In this document: piece by piece, positions 55,781-64,000 of the stretch | Position numbering within the stretch: the first letter of the stretch is position 1 | How the letters are laid out: each line of letters opens with the position of its first letter | Assembly (NCBI RefSeq): GCF_027921745.1 | Contig: NC_079238.1 | Span: forward strand, 2,604,001-2,668,000 | Origin: Schizosaccharomyces osmophilus | Lineage: Eukaryota | Length of the DNA stretch: 64,000 nt | Direction of reading: 5' to 3' | Program-made: the position numbers and the translations under genes | The notes under the pieces: model-generated | Database searches by the model: none | What the model saw: the letters and a program-made list of their open reading frames with translations, nothing else | What the model was told of the DNA's origin: nothing

Positions 55781-56965
55781 TTATACACCTTTGTACAAGT
55801 GCCAGTTGGCAGGATAAGGTATATCAAAAGCATCATAGTATTTGTTTAAGCAGCTCCAGCCGTTATGATCAATCGAATCATAAGGGCTACATTCACATTT
55901 TGCTAAAGTTGGTTCATCAAGAGGACAATGGCCGCTGCTGGGATGCCAATATCCAATTTCATTGAAAAAATGAATTGATTCGCGATCTGTAAAAAGAGCA
56001 GCAGCAATACTGTGAACAGGCGCGTCACCCCAACGTTCATAGAAAAATCCGTTGGAACTATCCAAGTGGTCAAAGTATTTTGCGTAAGCGTCGCTTTCCC
56101 AGAAATCAACTTTGGCAATCTCAAAATTGGACCAAAAATGACAATTATTATAGGTTCGGCCCTTATCATCAGAAATAAAGTTGAGAGAATTATTAGGATG
56201 GAGAGTATCGGGATGGAGCTTTAGGAAATTACGGGTGTTTTCCCACAAGGTTGCAATAGTCTCGGTGTATTCGGAGACTGTGATGGTAAAGCCATAAACT
56301 TTATCGTTTTGCTTCATATAAGCAAAAGGATCAAAATCCAAATCACACCAAAAGTCAACGCTGGGTTCAACACGCCAGTAATATTCATATTTTTTAACAA
56401 GGGGATGGCGGTAAAAGAAGCCAGATTCAAAGCGACACATATGACGATACGATTCGGAATCGGCATAAAGTATGTTTTGGTTTTTTAATTTCTCCCAATT
56501 ATCATGCATTTTGTCCCGGTCTACCGTTTCAGGCATCTGCCAATGTTCTTTGGGAATGACGCCAAACTCAACAGGGCCAGAAGCCGTTTCATTGATCCGA
56601 CTTTTAAATTCTTCATTAAACTCTTCATCGTTCAAAAATACCCAAGGATAATGATATTTATGATTAAATCGGCGCTCCAAACGCTGGACAGATTGGACCA
56701 TATCTCTCAGGTCATTATTACGAGCAAGACTGACAAAAGCAGCGTTCACACGGCCGTCAGGAAGCCATTGACTGCGCTCTGAGCTAGGAAGACTTGCAAT
56801 ATCAAAATATTTTGTTTGATGGTCTGCAAAAGGGTTCTTGAATACAGAAGCTTCCAAAACGCTCAAGATACCACGAAAGTCATTTCGATATCGTAAAAAA
56901 ACAAGACAGGCGATTACACTAACCACGAGAAAAACTCGTTTAAATTTTTTGTGATACAGTATCAT
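55781..56965 (-). CDS. omh1: Alpha-1,2-mannosyltransferase (GT15, Kre2/Mnt1 family) Omh1, 394 aa
   Basis: First ATG at 56965 (MILYHKKFKR plus a membrane helix, type II). Motifs NAAFVSLARN, SYRHMCRFESG, YYWRVEP, CHFWSNFEI, FFYERWGDAP. Paralogue identity assigned by synteny. Confidence 0.9.
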   Translation of the reverse strand: MILYHKKFKRVFLVVSVIACLVFLRYRNDFRGILSVLEASVFKNPFADHQTKYFDIASLPSSERSQWLPDGRVNAAFVSLARNNDLRDMVQSVQRLERRFNHKYHYPWVFLNDEEFNEEFKSRINETASGPVEFGVIPKEHWQMPETVDRDKMHDNWEKLKNQNILYADSESYRHMCRFESGFFYRHPLVKKYEYYWRVEPSVDFWCDLDFDPFAYMKQNDKVYGFTITVSEYTETIATLWENTRNFLKLHPDTLHPNNSLNFISDDKGRTYNNCHFWSNFEIAKVDFWESDAYAKYFDHLDSSNGFFYERWGDAPVHSIAAALFTDRESIHFFNEIGYWHPSSGHCPLDEPTLAKCECSPYDSIDHNGWSCLNKYYDAFDIPYPANWHLYKGV

Positions 56966-58005
56966 TATGAAAGAAAAAAGATGGTCAATTTGCTCACAAA
57001 ATGAGATCCAACGCAAAGAAAAGTACTGCTTCCAGATGAACAATCCTAGATATATATATACAATCTACGGGGATGTGAATCAAAATCTTTTCTTATGGCA
57101 CTCTCAAGTAGAAAAAGTAATGACAGCGAGCCCAATTCAACAAGGAGGAGGAAATATACAAAAAGCAATAATCGTGCAAACCAAAGGATACAATCTACCC
57201 CAAAACGAAACGTGAAAATAGAACCCAAAAGGAGAAAAGAAAAAGCCAAATATGAACAGTGAGAGGCAATCAATCTCTTCAATGAATGATTCTCTAATAA
57301 CTCACCATAAATCAAGAGAACTCAATAGCAAACCTCGCAATATACAAAATGCCAATATATTCAAGAGTTTGTAGAGGGAAAAAGGTATACTATACTCAAG
57401 CTCACTCTTCCTTTAATGTTGACAGTGTGGCTAAGAAGTTAGATACCATTCTTTGTCTGCGTAGTGTAATTCAGCGAAGGAGAGGATTCATAACCCAAAA
57501 ATAGATCTTGGCTGAGCACGGTTGAGCCCATAAGTACTTGGTTGTTTGTACACAAATTCCTTTATTTTACATGCTCTACTTAAATTTTATTCTTTTTCTG
57601 CCACTCTCGAACTTTTTTTTCCTTTTTGGTTCATACAGATAAACATATGCTTCTTGCATTTGCAGAAACAAAATCTCTTTTTTCGTAGTTGTTCTTTGCT
57701 TGTCAAATTAATTTTTTAAGTAAAATCCTGGCTATTTTATTGACATTATTTGTTTCTCCCGTATCTACAGCCTCTCAACTTTCCAAAGCAAAAGTGCAGT
57801 GAAAACCTGAAAATTTTAAAATCAAATAGTTTGAAAAGAAAAATACTATAAATAAAGAATAATTCAACTGTTATCACAAGGCATCTTTGCGATAGTGACT
57901 TGGTCGTGGAGTAAAAAGCCCGAAGAAACACTCCTACCAGTTCAACGCACATATTCGAATTTCGTCTTCGCAACACTTTTTCTTATTTCTACTAATCAAT
58001 AAAAT

Positions 58006-58539
58006 ATGCTTGCTTCTCGCGTTTGCCGTTCAGGTCTTGGATCTCTTCGCTCTGCCTTGTCTCTCAAGTCAGCATCTCCTTTTCTCGTACGCTCTTCTCC
58101 AAGCGCTGTTGCTCGTTCTTTCAATGCCTTTCAATGGAGAGCCGCAAATTTTTATTCCACCAAACGTTTCACAAAACAACATGAATATGTTCAAGTAGAC
58201 GGTGAAATGGGTACTGTTGGTATTTCAAAGTATGCCGCCCATGCCGTTGGTGAAGTCGTTTACGTCGAGCTTCCTGAACAAGGGTCCTCCGTTAAAGCTG
58301 GCGATGGAATTGGCTCCGTTGAGTCAGTGAAGTCCGCAAGCGATGTCTACTCTCCCGTAACAGGCGAAATTACAGAAATCAATAAATCTCTTACTGATAC
58401 TCCTCAAACAGCCGGTGAATCTCCTGAAGATGATGGCTGGCTTTGTAAAGTGAAGCTCTCTTCTCCCGAAGAACTTGAAGGTTTGCTGACCAAGGAAGCT
58501 TATGATGAATACTGCAATGAAGTAGACGCTACCCACTAA
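58006..58539 (+). CDS. gcv3: Glycine cleavage system H protein, mitochondrial, 177 aa
   Basis: Arg/Ser-rich presequence; lipoyl-lysine motif VESVKSASDVYSP. Confidence 0.96.
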   Translation: MLASRVCRSGLGSLRSALSLKSASPFLVRSSPSAVARSFNAFQWRAANFYSTKRFTKQHEYVQVDGEMGTVGISKYAAHAVGEVVYVELPEQGSSVKAGDGIGSVESVKSASDVYSPVTGEITEINKSLTDTPQTAGESPEDDGWLCKVKLSSPEELEGLLTKEAYDEYCNEVDATH

Positions 58540-59181
58540 TCCAACTCATAGTCCGATTGATGGTTTAACTCCATATCATTATTTTCTCTTTTTTTTTAAC
58601 TCCTTTTCCTCCAAGTCCTAAACAATAATGGAATGGATGTCGTCTATTGCCGATTTTCCTTTTTTAATCATTCCAGTGCAACTATAATCTACCCCATACT
58701 GAATTGAGTACCAAGCTCAGCAAGTTTATTTTTCTTGCCTAATATTTTCGTGCTTTTCTATTCAATTATTTGTCCTTTTTTTTTGTTATTTTGGACCCCA
58801 ATTTCACCGACCTTGATCTCATTGTGCGCAGACACAAGTTTCCATATTTCCTTATTCTTTCCTTCTCTACTGGTAATAAATTCTCCCTAATGATTTTGGG
58901 CTCTGAGTTGTTTCTACACCTTGCGTGAAATTGTAATTCTACAAAGTGAAATTAGACAGACATGTTATTAAAAAAACAAAACTATGTGGCTTAATAGCCG
59001 TTAAAATAAAAAAGAATCAGAAAAAAATAAGTAAAAGAAGAAGCACGTACACTAAAATTGTTTATGAAACAAAAATATAAAATAATAAAGTCGAAATAAG
59101 AAACTCTAGGCTTGAGCCTTTACTGCTCAAATGATTTGCAATACCCATTGGAATTAAAAGTTGGCCATTAAATTAATACTT

Positions 59182-59877
59182 TTAGGTTAAAAAAGCAATA
59201 GACACAACGAGTAAGGCAAAGGTAGTGGCAAAGCCCTTCAACGGCAATGTTTGGCCGGCCGCAGATGGAATACTAGTAGTGTTACCAGTGAGAATAGGTG
59301 AAGGTCCTTTGCTGGAATTCCCGCTTGCCGAGCTACTACTGACTGAGAAAGAACTGCTGGAATTCACGGTCGAAGGAGTACTAGTAACATTAGGAGGGAT
59401 AACTGTACCAGTCGCGTTTTCACTGCTCGTAGGAATGGCGCTGACACTACTGTTTCCGGTACCTGGAAGAGGTTCGCTAGTTGCATTTGCGCTACCTGTA
59501 GGAACAACGGTCTTGGACGTATTCAAGTAAGGAGTGCTGGCAGGAGCAGAGCTGTTTGAAGTAGGAAAGTAAGGAGTGCTAGCTGAAACAGAACTGTTTG
59601 AAGTAGGGAAGTAAGGAGTGCTGGTTACGTTCGCACTACTGGTGACAGGATAGCTAGGGAGCGAGCTGTTTGAGGAAACGCCGATTGGTCCTCTGGTGCT
59701 GCTTGTGTTAAGACTACTTGCAGGATAGCTGGATGAAAGACTAGTGCTATTCGTGCCAGTTCCAGGTGCAACAGGGGTAGAAACGGCCGTGCTAGTAGTG
59801 TTCCCAAAAGGAGCTTGACCTTGAACCTGCACGGCTGCTGCTAACAGTATGAGCTTGGAAAGAATGGAGAAGATCAT
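59182..59877 (-). CDS. Ser/Thr-rich secreted, probably GPI-anchored cell-surface glycoprotein, 231 aa (SPBP19A11.02c positional orthologue)
   Basis: Signal peptide MIFSILSKLILLAAAVQVQG; many N-x-S/T sequons; omega-like SAAG followed by hydrophobic tail FATTFALLVVSIAFLT. Confidence 0.85.
   Translation of the reverse strand: MIFSILSKLILLAAAVQVQGQAPFGNTTSTAVSTPVAPGTGTNSTSLSSSYPASSLNTSSTRGPIGVSSNSSLPSYPVTSSANVTSTPYFPTSNSSVSASTPYFPTSNSSAPASTPYLNTSKTVVPTGSANATSEPLPGTGNSSVSAIPTSSENATGTVIPPNVTSTPSTVNSSSSFSVSSSSASGNSSKGPSPILTGNTTSIPSAAGQTLPLKGFATTFALLVVSIAFLT
59527..59623 (-). repeat. 42-nt coding minisatellite (about 2.3 copies of STPYFPTSNSSxxA) in the GPI protein
   Basis: gtaaggagtgct recurs at 59527, 59569 and 59611. 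Confidence 0.85.
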
Positions 59878-60821
59878 GTTTAGAAGACTGAAAACAAGAG
59901 ATGGTAATCTCGGCAGACACTAAAGAAAGGCACAAGAAACGATAAAAGGTTTAAAGGTAGCTCCTTATTGCACAGGTCGTAAGTCTTATATTAGACTTTT
60001 ACTGCTTGCTCTAGCTTGATTCAAAACTGGCTATTTAAGTAAAATTATCCATACCCTTATCACAGTTTGATTTCACTTCATGACGACCTCATGATTCCAT
60101 TTCATCGAATTGCTTTTCGCACGGGTTATCATTTTTCATGACCTTCAAGGTAGGACGGTCATTTCGCTCTAAAATCTTCAGAATAAATCGGTATAAGTTT
60201 GATCATATCTACGTTGATACGACTCAATTATGACCATCTCGCCAGTCATTCTTGCTTGGTCCTCCCCTGTTCGGCGTATCGCTTCTTCAATTTTTGCTCG
60301 TTATCTTTTTTTTTTTAATGAAGCTAGTAACCTATAAGCATTATTTACGCAGACATTACTTTGCTTTGAGTAAATACTCGTGTCGTTGAGTACGTTGTTC
60401 TGTGAATCTTGTCTCTTTTCTTTTCTTTTTATTGATTTATTATTCTTTTTTAAATTTATTTGAGAAGCAATTAAATAATTAGGACAATGTCAATATCATA
60501 CCAATTCAAATTTGTAATTTTTGTTTTGTTGTAATTGTTGAGTCATTCTTTGCAAAGCACATCAATTTGGACTTATATTCTCATTTCAACCTTGGTGCAG
60601 GATGGGACTAGAATCAAAGGTTTACAAGGCTACTAAATTTTAGATAAGTACTACACAATGGTAGGGTAGAGTAAAATAGAATAGATGTTTATTTTTCATA
60701 AAAATATTGTATTCAATAAACTATCAACTAACCAATAGAGAAATGTAAACAACTTTTTGTGGACAGTTGTTAGTCCAACATTAATACATATATTGTCTTT
60801 CAACCATTGATTTGGTATCAT

Positions 60822-63543
60822 CTAAGCAGTCATTTCAATGTCCTCGATATTATTTTTTTTCAAAATCACAATCCCTTCTAGGGTGGTCATTGGTGTGTAA
60901 GCTTCGGTCGCGAGCTCTGCTCTCTCATTGTGATGTAATAACACAGGCGTTGTATGAGTAACCCAACCCGTTATCACCTTTGGACGTCCAGCTTGTCCAA
61001 CAACATCAACTGCTTGACCAACGCGTACGCTGACTGGAAGATACTGTCCGTCCTCACCAAGTGTAATAAGCATCCGTGGTCTCATGGCCAAAGTCATACT
61101 ATACAGAAGCCAGTGTGAGGAATCAAGGATTAATGAGCTTGCATCTAGCATTGCGAGTGCAACTGTCATGAGACCAGCAAAGGCTGTCTGACCCAGAATT
61201 TGACGATCAGTGTGATATGGATTCAACGACATGGTTCCTTTACCAAGGTAAAGCAACCCTTGGGCAATGCGTACAATGAACAGTGCATTAGATTCCTTGT
61301 GATAGTAGCTAGCCAATTGTCGAAGTAATTGGGCTAAACGAGCATTATTTGTACCGGCACCAACGAGACCCATAGCAAAAATTGCGTTATAGGCGACATC
61401 GAGATCGTTGTCATGACTATATCGAGAAAGAGTATCAAAAATTCTCATTTCGGGATTTGAAGCGGAAAGTAAGCCAAGTGCCAAAGGAACTGCTTTTCTT
61501 ATAAACGGTTCGCCATAATGCATCATGTGATCAAATTGCCTAGTAACCATTTCAGCACCAATGTCCTCGCCCATTGCAATAACTGCAACACCCAAAGCTG
61601 CCAAGGATTGTGCACTCTTCTCACTCTCCTTTGCATCAGCACTGAGCGGTTCACTGCAAATATGTAGTAACTTTTGAATTCGTAAGACGTTTCCTGTACC
61701 AGCATACGAGCAAACGTCAACCAGAATTTCTGCTTGTCTAGCAATGTCTCCTTCAATAGCCTTTAATGTCTCGATGGTAGCATCAGCCAAATCCTGCTTA
61801 CCAATGAACAACAATGCGAGACCAAGAGCCATAAAACGACCCCAGTTATCGTTTTGCCCAGCTTCATCACGCTCCATTAAAGTTTGCAAGATAGTGCTAG
61901 CTACATCACCATTGCATGTACCGACGAAGATTAATCCTAATGTCAATGCTGCTAAGCAAGAAAGTTGCATTGGTGCTTTCACATCAGTGACTATGGGGGC
62001 AAACATATCAAGCAAATCTTCCCGGTTAGATCCAGCGTACGCCAAACCTAATCCTAAAATAGCAGTAGCTCGAAGTTTCGTAGATCCTGTTTCAAGATAT
62101 TCAGATAAAATAGCTAATGCAGGGTCGGCCTCATTACGAACGGCAACATTAGTTATACCAATTCCCAATAAAGCTCCTGCTTTGACATTTTCCTCCGAAG
62201 AGTAAAGATATTTGTCAAGTAAAGAAAGCCCCATATCAACGTTCCATAACTGCAATAATCCGATAGAAGCGGTGGCACTGATCATGCCGGAGTCTTTGTT
62301 TTTATAAATCCAAGATGATTTCTCATCGTCAACCAAAACAAGTCGATCATTACTATATCCAGCATTAACAAAAGAATTAACTAAGGTATTAGCTAGATTC
62401 TGTTTAGCCGAGTAAACACCAGATGAGCCAAGGCCCGTCCGGGCCACTTCCAAGTGACTTTTAAAAATATCTTCAGGAACTTTAGGATCCATAAGGCTAA
62501 GTTCTTTTCCAAGATAATGAAAGTGATCAGACAAATGAATGTTGTTCAAAGCATCATTTAACTCTTCGTCATTCATATCAAAAGGAATTCGTTGTCTTGC
62601 TAAAATGTATGCTAACTGCTTTTTTAACAATGGGTCATTTGCTGCCTCGCAATCCTCTCGAATTAACGACATATCATCAAGGCGAATAGCAACATTTAGA
62701 GCTTGTGTGAGTTGATTAAATTTTCGATAAATAGCATGAGCTGTTCTAAGCATGGCCACATCTTCAGGAAATGGGAGCAGATTTACACAACTCGTTATGT
62801 ATAAGCATACACGAGATGCGTTATCAGCCTCAACGTAAGGGGTAACCTTTTCAATCGCACCTAATTCTTGTAGTAAATCAATGGCATCAGCTTCAGCATT
62901 GTGAGTCAAAAAGAAAGGTACAATGAGAAGTGCAAGATCCATAAGGTCATCAGTTGCCAGATCCTTTTCTTGACGCTCAACAAATTCAGCTCCTATTTCA
63001 GCTGCTAGGTGTCGCACATATTCATGACCCCAGACAGAAGGATCACTAGTAACACCATGCAAGCGATATTTTAATGATTCCCGTTTGCTAGGGTCACTAT
63101 ATGACATTCCTAAAACGGAAAGGATATCAGCAAATTGTACTTTCAAAGGCCCCTCGCTCCAAGAGTCGAACGTCTTTGTCAAAGTCGAATAATGGGGTCG
63201 TAAAAACTTAAGGGGCTTAGGAACCGCTGTCATAGAAGATGTAGAGGTTCTAATGATTTCTTTCAATTGTGTAAGAATGGAACTCATTAAGTCTAGATTA
63301 TTTTCTTGAATTCGTTCTACCAGCATATCTAAATCGGTTTTAAGTTGTAAATCTTCTTCCGACTGTAAATAGGTTAGTTTTCTTTCTCAAAAGCTAATAA
63401 TAACTTACCAAATCCACCACATCATTTCTTTCTTTAACAGAACTTGCTTGATCTTTTTCATTAGAAGATGGCGTTTTTACGCTTTCATCTTTTATCATCT
63501 CATCATTACTTTTTGAAGACTTATTGATGTCTTCGGGATTCAT
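60822..63543 (-). CDS. mts4: 19S proteasome regulatory subunit Rpn1/Mts4, 891 aa, 2 exons
   Basis: Exons 63543-63409 and 63362-60822; 46-nt intron GTAAGT..CTAAC..CAG. Motifs LSEEDLQLK, STSSMTAVPKPLKFLRPHY, VRVGQAVDVVGQAGRPK. Confidence 0.97.
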
Positions 63544-64000
63544 CTTTTCTACTTGATTTCTTCACTGACGATGAATAGTAATGTGCAGTCGGCAGGACTG
63601 GCATACCCACAATATTAGGTATATCGAATGCTTGCGAAGATTTCACGCTTACTCACTATTACTATCGTATTATTTTCTGAGTTCATGTAGTGATATTATA
63701 CATCTATTCTCGTTAAGTAAATATTCAATACTATTCCATGTATCGTGTGTAATTTACTTATGCTCTGTTAAAGAATAAAAAGTAAAATGAAACGAAATAG
63801 AACAAACAAAGGCTTTGACAAAACGAATTTAAATACATAAGATTCACGTATTAAGTCTTCTGACTTACCGCCAGCCATAAGACATAAAAATTTAGACAAA
63901 TAAACAAATTGAAAATAAATAAAGGGGTTAAAATATGCATGATGCTTAAAAAACGACTTCCATAATCGACATAGTTTCAATTTCACACAAAAAATAATAG

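Noticed and set aside
56966..57043. Upstream in-frame TTG extensions on omh1 (also on the USP gene, sen34 and mam1) in the ORF track
   Set aside because: Artefacts of allowing bacterial-type start codons; they are short, show no targeting character, and the first ATG gives the expected N-terminus.

Overview
Eukaryotic, gene-dense DNA from a fission yeast that is not S. pombe, most likely the Schizosaccharomyces octosporus/cryophilus/osmophilus clade; the species cannot be fixed from this window. Evidence: short GT-AG introns with CTAAC/CTAAT branch points and proteins recognisable as S. pombe chromosome II orthologues. I can support about 26 protein-coding genes in two syntenic blocks. Block 1 is ppk30-mot1-pof2-USP-ArgRS-orphan-mmb1-btb2-mis3-mtg1-Sip5-like-mam1-hbs1. 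Block 2 is cyr1-DUF2406-RCR-prs1-sen34-ppm2-uve1-bqt4-ClC-omh1-gcv3-GPI protein-mts4/rpn1. Nine genes are spliced and their exons were rebuilt by hand; ppk30 is missing from the ORF track because it runs off the window edge. I recognised no tRNA, 5S/rRNA, transposon, LTR, wtf gene or CRISPR array, and found no convincing new multi-gene system. The best leads are small regulatory or targeting features: a cryptic mitochondrial presequence upstream of ArgRS, a uORF cluster abutting the adenylate cyclase start, a G-quadruplex-type promoter repeat, a 5x38-aa repeat in Mmb1, a perfect 14-bp inverted repeat, a structured btb2 intron, an orphan ORF and a probable inversion breakpoint. Orthologue names and S. 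pombe comparisons come from memory, not from a database search.
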